Assembly: GCA_051003155.1 (NCBI GenBank)
Contig: JBPCLO010000041.1
Location: 18,433 to 82,432, forward strand
DNA length: 64,000 nt
Direction: 5' to 3'
DNA from: Fimbriimonadales bacterium
Lineage (GTDB): Bacteria; Armatimonadota; Fimbriimonadia; Fimbriimonadales; ATM1
Shown here: one piece after another, positions 39,879-48,991 of the stretch
How positions within the stretch are numbered: position 1 is the stretch's first letter
Layout: every line of letters begins with the position of its first letter
Notes under the pieces: model-generated
Database searches by the model: none
Told to the model about the DNA's origin: nothing
The model's input: only the letters and a program-made list of their open reading frames with translations
Program-made: the position numbers and the translations under genes

Positions 39879-41338
39879 GACCGCTGCTAGCGGTTACGCT
39901 TTTGGCGCTTCAATGTACGGTGTGCGGCCAAGACGTAGCCATCGGGTCGAAGCAATTCCCCGAGTCGGAGATCCTCGGCGAGATCATGGTGCAACTCGCC
40001 ACCACGGCCGGCGCGAAAGCTGAGCACAAGAAGCAGATGGGTGGCACGAAGATACTTTGGGAAGCCCTAAAGCGGGGCGATATCGACGCCTACCCCGAAT
40101 ACACCGGGACCATTATTCAAGAAATTCTCCCTCCCGTGTTCAAGTCAGAGGCTGGCGGAACGCAGGCAGAGTGGTACGAGGAGGACCTTCGCACCTTAGG
40201 AATTCGCGCCACCAAGCCGCTTGGATTCAACAACACCTACGCTCTCGGCATGAAGAGCGAGACCGCGGCGGAACTCGGAATCGAGAGCATATCGGACCTG
40301 CGACAGCACCCCAATCTCGCCTTCGGCCTAAGCAACGAATTCATGAGCCGCGCGGACGGTTGGCCCGGCCTCAAGCGCTCATACGGCTTGCCTCAAACCA
40401 ATGTGCGCGGGCTGAAACACGAACTTGCGTACGGCGCGCTCAACAGCGGCAAAATCGGTCTCACCGACCTCTATTCGACCGACGCCGAGATCGCGAAGTA
40501 TGGCCTCTTGGTCTTAAAGGACGACCGAGGGAACTTCCCGAGATACGACGCCGTGATCCTCTACCGCGAAGGCCTCGATCCGAAGGCGGTCGCCTCGTTC
40601 AAGAAACTGGAAGGCGCGATCGACGAAGCCAAGATGATCGCGATGAACTCGGCTGTTTCCGTCGACGGTAAGAGCGCCGGCTCGGTCGCCAAGAAGTTCC
40701 TCTCGGAGCGGTTGCAGGTCCAATCGACATCCCGCGAAGAGACGCGCGCAGAACGAATCCTCGGCCACGGGCTGGAGCACCTGAAGCTCGTCGCCGTTTC
40801 GCTCTTCGCCGCGATTGTGGTGGCTATCCCGCTGGGGATTCTCGCATTCCGCAGCAAGGCTGTGGGACACATCGTGCTGGCCGTCGTCGGTGTGATCCAG
40901 ACGATTCCGTCCTTGGCGCTGCTGGTGTTTCTCATCCCGCTGATGGGAATCGGCGAGGTCCCTGCGATTTTCGCGCTCTTCCTCTACAGTCTCCTGCCGA
41001 TCGTTCGGAATACGTACACGGGCCTTCACGACATCCCCGGCCCGATCCGCGATTCGGCCGCGGCGCTTGGATTGGAGGAAGGGCAGCGGCTCAGGCTGGT
41101 CTACCTGCCGATGGCGGCGAGGACGATTCTCGCGGGGATCAAAACGTCGGCGGTGATCAACGTCGGCACGGCCACGCTCGGCGCTCTTATCGGGGCGGGA
41201 GGCTTCGGAGAGCCGATCATCACGGGCCTGACGCTGAACAATATCGGCCTGGTCTTAGAAGGCGCGATCCCGGCAGCCGCTTTGGCGCTGGTGGTCCAAG
41301 GCATCTTCGAGTTCTCGGACCGGTTCTTTGTACGTTAG
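39875..41338 (+). CDS. Betaine-type ABC transporter substrate-binding/permease fusion
   Basis: IGSKQFPE, YPEYTGT, GFNNTYAL, YSTD (OpuAC/OsmX-like) then permease QTIPSLAL, LLPIVRNT, GAGGFG. Confidence 0.92.
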   Translation: MRPLLAVTLLALQCTVCGQDVAIGSKQFPESEILGEIMVQLATTAGAKAEHKKQMGGTKILWEALKRGDIDAYPEYTGTIIQEILPPVFKSEAGGTQAEWYEEDLRTLGIRATKPLGFNNTYALGMKSETAAELGIESISDLRQHPNLAFGLSNEFMSRADGWPGLKRSYGLPQTNVRGLKHELAYGALNSGKIGLTDLYSTDAEIAKYGLLVLKDDRGNFPRYDAVILYREGLDPKAVASFKKLEGAIDEAKMIAMNSAVSVDGKSAGSVAKKFLSERLQVQSTSREETRAERILGHGLEHLKLVAVSLFAAIVVAIPLGILAFRSKAVGHIVLAVVGVIQTIPSLALLVFLIPLMGIGEVPAIFALFLYSLLPIVRNTYTGLHDIPGPIRDSAAALGLEEGQRLRLVYLPMAARTILAGIKTSAVINVGTATLGALIGAGGFGEPIITGLTLNNIGLVLEGAIPAAALALVVQGIFEFSDRFFVR

Positions 41339-41435
41339 CCCCGATCCTCACACCATCTTTCGTAGGTCGCGTGCGGGCTCTCACAGATGAAGAACGACGG
41401 AAGAGTTCTTTCACGTAAAATGCTGCGGGCATCCC

Positions 41436-42146
41436 ATGAAGGTCTCCTCCCACGAACCCGTCACCCAGCTCAAACGTATCCCAATCGTCGAGTGCGGTGA
41501 GCCACTAGTGGACTACGTGCACCTGTGCCCCAAGCTGCTCATCGCGAAGCCCAGATGGCGCTACGAGCGGGCAACGCTGCTGCGGCGAGACGTCGCGCAC
41601 AGGTTGTGTCGGGCGGCAGAATCGCTTCCGGACGGATACCGGCTGGCGATCGTCGAGGGCTGGCGGCCGCCGCACATCCAGAGGCGCATGTACAGAGCCG
41701 CCTTGCGTCGGTGGAAAGAAATTCACCCCGACTGGAGCGACCTGGCCCTCAGGCGTCTCGCGAACCGCTTCACTGCGCCGCCGAACATCAAAGTGCCTCC
41801 ACCGCACACGACCGGCGGGGTCTTCGACCTCTTGCTCGCCGACGGGGAAGGCAGCGAGCTCGACCACTCCTCACCCTACGAATCCCGCGATCGGCGCGCG
41901 TATCCCTTCGCCGCACCCGGTTTGACCAAGGAAGCGCGCAGCCATCGAGAGATTCTGAGAGAGGCTCTCGAAAGCGCGGGAATCACGAATTACCCGAGCG
42001 AGTATTGGCACTGGTCGTATGGGGACCAAGGCTGGGCATATCGGGGCGGCCATCTCCACGCGATATACGGGCCGACCGCACCGCCGGGCTACGTTCCCCC
42101 TCCGGGGGACGACACGGATGAGCCGCTCGAATGGGTCGGCTCGTAG
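41436..42146 (+). CDS. M15D family D-Ala-D-Ala dipeptidase-like protein
   Basis: EGWRP, PPHTTGGVFD, NYPSEYWHWSYGD. Confidence 0.88.
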   Translation: MKVSSHEPVTQLKRIPIVECGEPLVDYVHLCPKLLIAKPRWRYERATLLRRDVAHRLCRAAESLPDGYRLAIVEGWRPPHIQRRMYRAALRRWKEIHPDWSDLALRRLANRFTAPPNIKVPPPHTTGGVFDLLLADGEGSELDHSSPYESRDRRAYPFAAPGLTKEARSHREILREALESAGITNYPSEYWHWSYGDQGWAYRGGHLHAIYGPTAPPGYVPPPGDDTDEPLEWVGS

Positions 42147-42163
42147 CGTGTACACTTCGCGGT

Positions 42164-42667
42164 ATGCGTGCGTACCTCAGTCTGGGTAGCAACGTCGGCG
42201 ACCGGCTCGCGAACCTTCAAGCCGCCGTGAACTTCGTAGACCTGCGTGCAGGCCGTGTGTCGAAAATCTCGAGGGTCTATGAGACGGCTCCGCTGTACGT
42301 CCTCGACCAGGCGGCCTTCTACAACGCCGTGATCGAAATCGAAACTGACCTCGAGCCCCTCGCGCTGCTGTCACGCATAAAGGAGATCGAGTACGAAGTA
42401 GGCCGGATCCCGAGGCAGCGCTGGGGCCCCCGTGAGATCGACGTGGACATCCTCTGTCTTGTCGACGGCCGTAACAACCAAATCCGGGTCAATGTGAAGG
42501 AATTGACGCTTCCGCACCCGCACATGGCCGAGCGTCGCTTCGTGATTGACCCGATGAAGGAAATGGCGGAATCCCTCCTACCCAAAACGGGGCTGGACAA
42601 GAAGAAACTGATGCTACAACACGTCAAAGTTGTGGAGGACGCGAAGCTTTCGGTCCACCGAGACTGA
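42164..42667 (+). CDS. folK: 2-amino-4-hydroxy-6-hydroxymethyldihydropteridine diphosphokinase
   Basis: YLSLGSNVG, RWGPREIDVDIL, LPHP...RRFV. Confidence 0.96.
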   Translation: MRAYLSLGSNVGDRLANLQAAVNFVDLRAGRVSKISRVYETAPLYVLDQAAFYNAVIEIETDLEPLALLSRIKEIEYEVGRIPRQRWGPREIDVDILCLVDGRNNQIRVNVKELTLPHPHMAERRFVIDPMKEMAESLLPKTGLDKKKLMLQHVKVVEDAKLSVHRD

Positions 42668-42668
42668 C

Positions 42669-43880
42669 ATGGCCGCGAAGTCATTTACCTATATCGCGAT
42701 GGACAGGCGTGGCGAGCGCCAAACCGGGAGCCTGAGCGCGACCACCGAGGCACAGGCGCGCGATCAGCTGACTCGTCAGGGCCTTCTTGTGGAACATGTC
42801 TCGGAGGCGGCGCCGCCCGCCACCCGGAGCATATTTCAAAAGAACGTCGCGGGGCCTCTTGTCGGCAAGGTCCCTTACGACCATCTATCGGGGTTTTTCC
42901 GCCAGCTCGCGGCGATGCACCGCGCGGGGGTGCCCCTCGTCCAAGCGCTCGACACCCTCGCGAAAGGCACTCGACACAACAAGCTGCGCGCCGTTGTGGA
43001 GGCGATGAGGGCGCGGGTCGTGTCGGGCGGCAAGATCTCGGAAGTCATGGACGAGTATCCGGAGGTGTTCTCGGCGCTGCAAGTCGCGCTCGTCAAGGCA
43101 GGCGAGCACGGCGGCGTTCTGGACAAGAGCCTCGACCAAGTCAATGAATACCTCCAGCGCGAAATCAAGCTCCGCAACCAGATCAAATCGTACACGTTCT
43201 ATCCCAAACTGCTCCTCGCCGTAGCGGCCATCACCGTGATCGTCGCCAATATCATTATCGCGGTGATTGCCAGCCAGACCGGCGGCCCGCGGATGTTCCT
43301 CGAAATGCCGTTTCTGCAGCCGGGTGTGCTGATGTGGCTCGTGCCGGCGCTAGTTGGCGCCTTCCTCTTCTTCCGCCTCGGCGTTCACAATCCGAAGCTT
43401 TTGCCCGCTATACACAAGTTCTTCCTCGGCATTCCGTACTTCGGGCACACGTTGCACATGCTGGCGATGGCGAAGTTCGGCCGGGCCTTCGCCGCCTTAT
43501 ACGCCGGCGGGGTCCCGATGGGAAACTCGATCCGTCTGGCAGCGGATTCCTCAGGGAACGAGCACATCCGACAAAGCATCTATCCGGCAGCGGGCAAAAT
43601 CGAAGAGGGCGCGGGCGTCGCGAAGTCCATGGCAGAGACCGGGGCGTTTACCGACGTCGCCCTTGAGATGGCCGCGACCGGCGAGCAGACGGGCAATCTC
43701 GACGGCATGCTGGACCACATGGCGGCGTACTACGAGGGCGAATCGGAGGTGCGCGTCGAGAAGAGCGCTAAGACAACCGCCACGGTCGTATTGATCATAG
43801 TACTGCTCCTTGTCGCGTACGGAATCATGATGTTCTGGATAAACTACTTCGGCGGTATTGTCGAGATGGCTGGTGAGTGA
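42669..43880 (+). CDS. Type II secretion/type IV pilus platform protein (GspF/PilC family)
   Basis: FFRQLAAM..AGVPL, AGEHGGVLD, GEQTGNLD; duplicated T2SSF domains. Confidence 0.92.
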   Translation: MAAKSFTYIAMDRRGERQTGSLSATTEAQARDQLTRQGLLVEHVSEAAPPATRSIFQKNVAGPLVGKVPYDHLSGFFRQLAAMHRAGVPLVQALDTLAKGTRHNKLRAVVEAMRARVVSGGKISEVMDEYPEVFSALQVALVKAGEHGGVLDKSLDQVNEYLQREIKLRNQIKSYTFYPKLLLAVAAITVIVANIIIAVIASQTGGPRMFLEMPFLQPGVLMWLVPALVGAFLFFRLGVHNPKLLPAIHKFFLGIPYFGHTLHMLAMAKFGRAFAALYAGGVPMGNSIRLAADSSGNEHIRQSIYPAAGKIEEGAGVAKSMAETGAFTDVALEMAATGEQTGNLDGMLDHMAAYYEGESEVRVEKSAKTTATVVLIIVLLLVAYGIMMFWINYFGGIVEMAGE

Positions 43881-44961
43881 ACGGACCTACTACGTAGAGT
43901 TGGGGGTTGAAGAGTCGGCTTCACACGACGAAATTCGCAAGGCCTACCGCGATTTAGTCCTGAAGTACCACCCCGACCGGTCCGGTGACGCGAAGACTAC
44001 GGACAGGTTCGTTCGCATCGCCGAAGCGTACAGCGTGATCTCGGACTCCAAGAGGCGACGCGAGTACGACGCAATGCTCAAATACCGTCGCGAGCGAGCA
44101 AAGCTCCTCGAAGAGAGGCCGAAACCGCATCAGGCTCCGCCCTCGAATCGGTCAAAGGCGCCTGGCAGGGACCCCGGTGACCTGGCCGCGAAAACCACTC
44201 AGGCCGCTGTGCTGTTTTCGCAAGGCAAGTTCGACCATGCCGAGAGCTTCGCGAGACTGGTGCTTAGGTCCGATCCCAACCGTGCGATGGCCCACGCGAT
44301 CCTGGGCGACATCGCGAGGAGCCGCCAGGATTACCGAGGTGCCCTCGGCCACTACTCCTACGCGATGCAGATCGAACCGCAAAACCGCACTTTCGCCGCT
44401 CGATATGAGGAGGCGCTAAACCTGACTGCGACGTTCAGCCGATATGACGATGTCGCGCCCGCGACTCCGAACGCCGCAGCGCTCTGGGTCGCGGCCGTAG
44501 TCAGCGGGCTAATGCTTTTCTATGTGGCCGCCGTTCGCGAGCAGCCCTTCGCCGAGAACCTGAAACCGGTTTCGACGTGGACGTTCGGACTCATCATGAT
44601 GCTCTTCATCAACGGCGTTGTGGCGGGCGCCGCGCTCGCAATTACCCAAACCGTGGATCGGTTCACGAGTGTCGCGCAGGGCAGTTCCGGCCGCATGAGT
44701 CCGGCTGTGGCTTTGGGTTTAGTCGCCGTCGCGAGCTTTTGGGCGTCTGCGTTCCTGTACGCCTTTTTGGGCCTCGTGCAAAAGTCGTTCACGTATAGCG
44801 TGAGCCGCGCGGTGACGACGGCGGGCGTCCTCGCCGTCAGCTACGCGCTGATGTCGCACTTCTCGCCCTCCATTTCCTGGGAGCAGACGCTACTGTGGGG
44901 CGGCAATCTGATCTACATCGGCCTCCTATGCGGCTGGACCGTGGCTGACGCCTTCCGCTGA
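43873..44961 (+). CDS. DnaJ-domain/TPR/multi-TM protein
   Basis: YYVELGV...KYHPD J domain, TPR-like segment, about five C-terminal TM helices. Confidence 0.85.
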   Translation: MSERTYYVELGVEESASHDEIRKAYRDLVLKYHPDRSGDAKTTDRFVRIAEAYSVISDSKRRREYDAMLKYRRERAKLLEERPKPHQAPPSNRSKAPGRDPGDLAAKTTQAAVLFSQGKFDHAESFARLVLRSDPNRAMAHAILGDIARSRQDYRGALGHYSYAMQIEPQNRTFAARYEEALNLTATFSRYDDVAPATPNAAALWVAAVVSGLMLFYVAAVREQPFAENLKPVSTWTFGLIMMLFINGVVAGAALAITQTVDRFTSVAQGSSGRMSPAVALGLVAVASFWASAFLYAFLGLVQKSFTYSVSRAVTTAGVLAVSYALMSHFSPSISWEQTLLWGGNLIYIGLLCGWTVADAFR

Positions 44962-44997
44962 TCCTTGCGGAACGGCATTGCAGCGCCGCAGCGCGTT

Positions 44998-45143
44998 CCC
45001 CTGAGATCGGGTCCGAGGCGTACGAGATTCAACCTGACCCCATGCCCGATCTTTGGGAGTCTTGGATTCGACGCTCGGCCACGTGGAGAATGGGCGCCGT
45101 GCGCCGATGGCCTCGAAGTTCGTAATCCAATCTCAGGGGCACA
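44998..45143. repeat. MITE/REP-like element with 13-bp terminal inverted repeats
   Basis: CCCCTGAGATCGG ... CCAATCTCAGGGG(CAC); inner TACGAGATTC/GAAGTTCGTA pairing; lies between convergent genes. Confidence 0.6.
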
Positions 45144-45165
45144 CATACCGCCAAATTCTCGATTC

Positions 45166-46515
45166 TTAGGCGAACAGGCCGAGGGCGTCGTTTACCGAGC
45201 GGAAAGCGCCAAGCTTCATTCCAGGAACCGACTGGCTCCTTTTCAGGTTTTCTGAGACAGCTGCGCGCTTGAAGCCCATAGTCGCGGCCTCCGCCAGCCG
45301 GAGTTCTGCTGCGGCCACGCTGCGTATTTCGCCCGTCAAACCAATCTCCCCAAACGCCACCAAGTCGGGTGGCAGCGGCACGTCCTTGTGGCTGCTGACG
45401 ACGGCGAGGAAAATGGCGAGGTCCGCTGCGGGCTCGCGTATTTGAAGCCCGCCCACGACGTTTATGAACACATCGTGAGAACCGAGCCGAAGGCCGCCCC
45501 TCTTCTCGATGACGCTGAGCACCAGCATCGCTCGGTTGTAGTCCACTCCCGTGACGGTCCTTCGAGGATTGTTCGTGTAGTTCGGTGTTACGAGGGCCTG
45601 CACCTCGACGAGCAGCGGGCGCGAGCCTTCGATTGCCGGAAAGACGGCTGAACCCGACGCATCCGCCATCCTTTCGGCCAAGAGCGCCCCGGACGGATTC
45701 TCGACCGGCAGCAGACCGCCCTCCGACATCTCGAAAAGCCCGATTTCGTTAGTTGCGCCGAACCGATTCTTGGTTGCGCGCAGCGCCCTGAGGCGTCCGG
45801 TCCCCTCGCCTTCAAAATACAAAACTGTGTCCACCAGGTGCTCCAAGACCTTCGGGCCCGCGATCACACCGTCTTTCGTCACATGGCCCACGAGGATTAC
45901 CGCTGCGTCCCCGGATTTTGCGGCGGCGTGAAGGGCCGTGGCGCAGTGGCGTACCTGAGACACGCTGCCGGTCGCGCTGTCGAGATCGTCCGAGGTGATC
46001 GTCTGGATGCTGTCGACGATGACGAGGTCCGGTGTCGAGCCGGAGATGTAACCAAGAGCCTCTGAGAGGTCGTTGGTGGAGGCGAGCATAAAGCCGTCAT
46101 GGATCGCGCCGAGTCTCTCCGCGCGCAGCTTGATCTGGCTCGGGGATTCTTCCCCCGAGATGTAAAGCGCTCGCGACCCTTGCTCTGCGACCTTGCCGGA
46201 GACTTCGGTGAGCAGGGTGCTTTTGCCAATGCCGGGGTCTCCCCCGATTAGAATGATCGACCCCGGCACCAGCCCGCCGCCAAGTATTCGATCAAACGAC
46301 GGCAGCCCGGAGGAGGTGCGCTTGCCTTCGATACTCCCGACGGCGCCGATGCTCGCAGCTTCCAACGCACTTGGCCGCGACGTGGGACGTGTGACCCCTA
46401 CGAAAAGTTCCTCGACGAGAGTGTTCCAACTCCCGCAATCCGGGCACCTGCCGAGCCACTTTGGCGAACTTGCGCCGCATTCTTGGCAAGAATAGGTCGT
46501 CTTGGCCTTGGACAC
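45166..46515 (-). CDS. radA: DNA repair protein RadA
   Basis: CQECG...CPDC zinc finger, GDPGIGKST, KNRFG, Lon-like C-terminus. Confidence 0.98.
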   Translation of the reverse strand: MSKAKTTYSCQECGASSPKWLGRCPDCGSWNTLVEELFVGVTRPTSRPSALEAASIGAVGSIEGKRTSSGLPSFDRILGGGLVPGSIILIGGDPGIGKSTLLTEVSGKVAEQGSRALYISGEESPSQIKLRAERLGAIHDGFMLASTNDLSEALGYISGSTPDLVIVDSIQTITSDDLDSATGSVSQVRHCATALHAAAKSGDAAVILVGHVTKDGVIAGPKVLEHLVDTVLYFEGEGTGRLRALRATKNRFGATNEIGLFEMSEGGLLPVENPSGALLAERMADASGSAVFPAIEGSRPLLVEVQALVTPNYTNNPRRTVTGVDYNRAMLVLSVIEKRGGLRLGSHDVFINVVGGLQIREPAADLAIFLAVVSSHKDVPLPPDLVAFGEIGLTGEIRSVAAAELRLAEAATMGFKRAAVSENLKRSQSVPGMKLGAFRSVNDALGLFA

Positions 46516-46538
46516 CCTACCTATTTTCCCCGCACCTT

Positions 46539-46580
46539 AAAGGACGAATCGCTTCGCACTGCGAAGCGATTCGTCCTTTT
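46539..46580. terminator. Perfect 20-bp inverted repeat, likely bidirectional terminator
   Basis: AAAGGACGAATCGCTTCGCA-C-TGCGAAGCGATTCGTCCTTT, just after the PEP-CTERM gene stop. Confidence 0.8.
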
Positions 46581-46597
46581 CATGATGGCGAGTATGG

Positions 46598-47254
46598 CTA
46601 CTTGCGTCGGCGGAATGCTGCCAAGGCAGCGAGGCCAACACCAAGAGCCAGCAGCGTACCGGGCTCAGGAACGGCTTGGCCTTCGATTGTGAAGGATAAA
46701 TCCGTGGGTCCAAGACCGGAGAATGAGCCGATTGTGCCGGGGTCGCTCGTTCCGAGCAGGCCGCCGCCTGGGTTGTGGGCCCAAGCTTCGGATCCGGTGA
46801 CGGGTTGGGTTCCCCTCCAGTTCCACTGGCCACCAGTGTCAAAAGGCCTCTCGACCCAAACCGAAATCCACCAGGTACCGTTTTCCAGGATTAGGTTGGG
46901 AATATCGAGAACGGCGTTACCGCCCACCATGCCGCCCGCGCCCTGTAGCGTGAACTCGAGGCCGATCGCCCCAGGGTTGGTGAAGCTGTGGTTTTCGGTG
47001 AACCTGACGCGTGTCGCCTGCGTCTGTCCCGCAACTCCGCCTTCCTCACCATACGCGGTGATCTTGGTGATCGTCCAGGGACCGTTGTTGACGACCACGT
47101 CGTCGAACAAGTAGGTCGAGTTATCCTTATCGTCTAAAACCGTCTGCGAAATAAAGCCGAACGATGTACCGTCGTAAGGCTGATCCCAGAGCAAGTCTCC
47201 AGCGTTTGCAGCTCCGACCACGGCCAACGAGGCAGCGATTAATAGTTTCTTCAT
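46598..47254 (-). CDS. PEP-CTERM sorting domain protein
   Basis: RBS GGAGG, signal peptide MKKLLIAASLAVVGAANA, C-terminal VPEPGTLLALGVGLAALAAFRRRK. Confidence 0.95.
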   Translation of the reverse strand: MKKLLIAASLAVVGAANAGDLLWDQPYDGTSFGFISQTVLDDKDNSTYLFDDVVVNNGPWTITKITAYGEEGGVAGQTQATRVRFTENHSFTNPGAIGLEFTLQGAGGMVGGNAVLDIPNLILENGTWWISVWVERPFDTGGQWNWRGTQPVTGSEAWAHNPGGGLLGTSDPGTIGSFSGLGPTDLSFTIEGQAVPEPGTLLALGVGLAALAAFRRRK

Positions 47255-47504
47255 CTGTGCTCCTCCTCTCAGAGAGATATTTTGGCGGTGAACGCCGCCA
47301 ATACTTATATTACTAGCAGATTGCCCCATTTGAGACAAAGAATTTGCTAATTGACTACTCACTGTACCAAAAACGACGCGCTCCATGGGCCGGAAAGTTG
47401 GTAAACCCCGCAAAAAGCAAGCCAAAATCCCTACGAACGATCGCCTCGCTAGTCGCGTAGACCTAGTGGGAAAGCGCCTTGACGCGCATTCCGGAGACAA
47501 AATC

Positions 47505-47750
47505 ATGGCCCGAAAATTCCTTGTATCTGCGATTTTGGCATCGACGGCGTCGATCGAGAGCACTACTTTGGTATGCAAGAGACTTCGACGGCCGCAATGG
47601 CGAGCTCGTCGTTGGCGCAAATCCCGGCCGGTTTTCCGCTCGGGGGATCGCGCCATAGGATCGTTGGTAAGCTTTAGGGCGACGGGCGCCGTCTTTGTCT
47701 ATCCTTGGAACTCGAAGATCGACCGAATCGCCTGGAGAATAAATCAATAA
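47505..47750 (+). pseudogene. Mini-gene/remnant: signal-peptide-like start plus conserved C-terminal tail
   Basis: MARKFLVSAILAS...AIGSLVSFRATGAVFVYPWNSKIDRIAW aligns with the 51619-51879 product; homology continues upstream in another frame (LVVGANPGRF), implying a 1-nt deletion near 47635. Confidence 0.55.
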
Positions 47751-48991
47751 TGCCTCAGTCTTTCGACTATGTCTTGCTGGGAGGTGGCACGAGTTGCGGG
47801 TACGCCGCAGCCGCGATTCGCGAGATCGACAAGTCTGCCCCTATCGGTATCATTTCAGCCGATACGGAGCCGCCCTACGACCGGCCGCCACTCTCCAAGA
47901 ACTACTTGACCAAGGATGGCATGGAGATCGCCGACGCCCATTCGAAGGATGTCAAGTTCTATCCGGACAACGATATCGACCTGATGCTTGGAACCGAGGC
48001 CTACAGCGTCAAGACCGGACCGAGGGCGGTGGAACTGCGGAACGGCGACCTGATCCATTACGGAAAACTCCTGTACGCCTTGGGGTCGGAGCCCCAGCGT
48101 CCGCCAATCTCGGGAGCCGGAAGGGTCGAACTGCTGCGCACTGCCGCGGATAGCCACCGAATAAAGGAGGAGGCTAAGAGCGGCAAAACCGCCGTGGTCA
48201 TCGGCGGTGGCTGGATCGGTGTCGAGGTCGCCGCCTCGTTGCTATCACGTGGCTTGAAGGTTTCGCTGATCGAACTTGCCGACCGCGTTCTGCCGAAGCT
48301 GGGCTCCGCGGCGTGCGCAGAGGCGATTCGCAAAGAACTCGAAAAAATGGGCGCGAAAGTGAACTTGGGACAGGCCGTTGCCGAGGTTTCGGATGGCTAT
48401 GTTCGTACAAAGTCCGGAGATCGAATGCCCGGTGACATCATCGTCGCCGGCGTCGGGGCCAAGCCGCGCACCAAGATGGGAGACGAGGCCGGCTTGACTA
48501 TGGGTGCGCAAGGGCTGCTTGCAGACGCTAACCTGCGATCGTCCGATCCTAATATTTGGTTGGCCGGTGATGTCGCCGAATACGCCGACGAAATCATGGG
48601 TAGGCCGTTCCGCGCCGAACACCACCTTCACGCGAAGTGGACCGGCGAGCACGCGGGCAAGAGCATGGCGGGCCAACCCGCCCCCTATCACAAGGCTCCT
48701 TATTTCTTTAGTGACATCGGTGAACTGTCACTGATCTTCCGCGGTGACCCGGATGCCAAGGGCCGCACTTTCCAGTTCGGCGCTCACGAGGCGCCTATAA
48801 TCTCCGAGATCGTACTTCGCGACGACGGCAGGGTAGCGAGTTTCACGGACCTACGTCGTGACTACAAAGCGCAAGAGCCGCTCAATGACATGATCGGGAA
48901 GCTGATCGAACAGGAGGTGTCGGTCGAGCGCTTCGCTGCGGATTTAGGGAAGAGTGACTTCGACCCGATGAAGCTGCAGGAAGCTCCCTAA
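47750..48991 (+). CDS. FAD-dependent pyridine nucleotide-disulfide oxidoreductase (ferredoxin reductase-like)
   Basis: PPYDRPPLSK, VIGGGWIGVEVA, AGDVA, PYFFSD. Confidence 0.9.
   Translation: MPQSFDYVLLGGGTSCGYAAAAIREIDKSAPIGIISADTEPPYDRPPLSKNYLTKDGMEIADAHSKDVKFYPDNDIDLMLGTEAYSVKTGPRAVELRNGDLIHYGKLLYALGSEPQRPPISGAGRVELLRTAADSHRIKEEAKSGKTAVVIGGGWIGVEVAASLLSRGLKVSLIELADRVLPKLGSAACAEAIRKELEKMGAKVNLGQAVAEVSDGYVRTKSGDRMPGDIIVAGVGAKPRTKMGDEAGLTMGAQGLLADANLRSSDPNIWLAGDVAEYADEIMGRPFRAEHHLHAKWTGEHAGKSMAGQPAPYHKAPYFFSDIGELSLIFRGDPDAKGRTFQFGAHEAPIISEIVLRDDGRVASFTDLRRDYKAQEPLNDMIGKLIEQEVSVERFAADLGKSDFDPMKLQEAP

Noticed and set aside
44990..45150. 6S RNA
   Set aside because: I could not build the continuous rod with a central bubble, and the ends recur at 8572-8634, which favours a repeat element.
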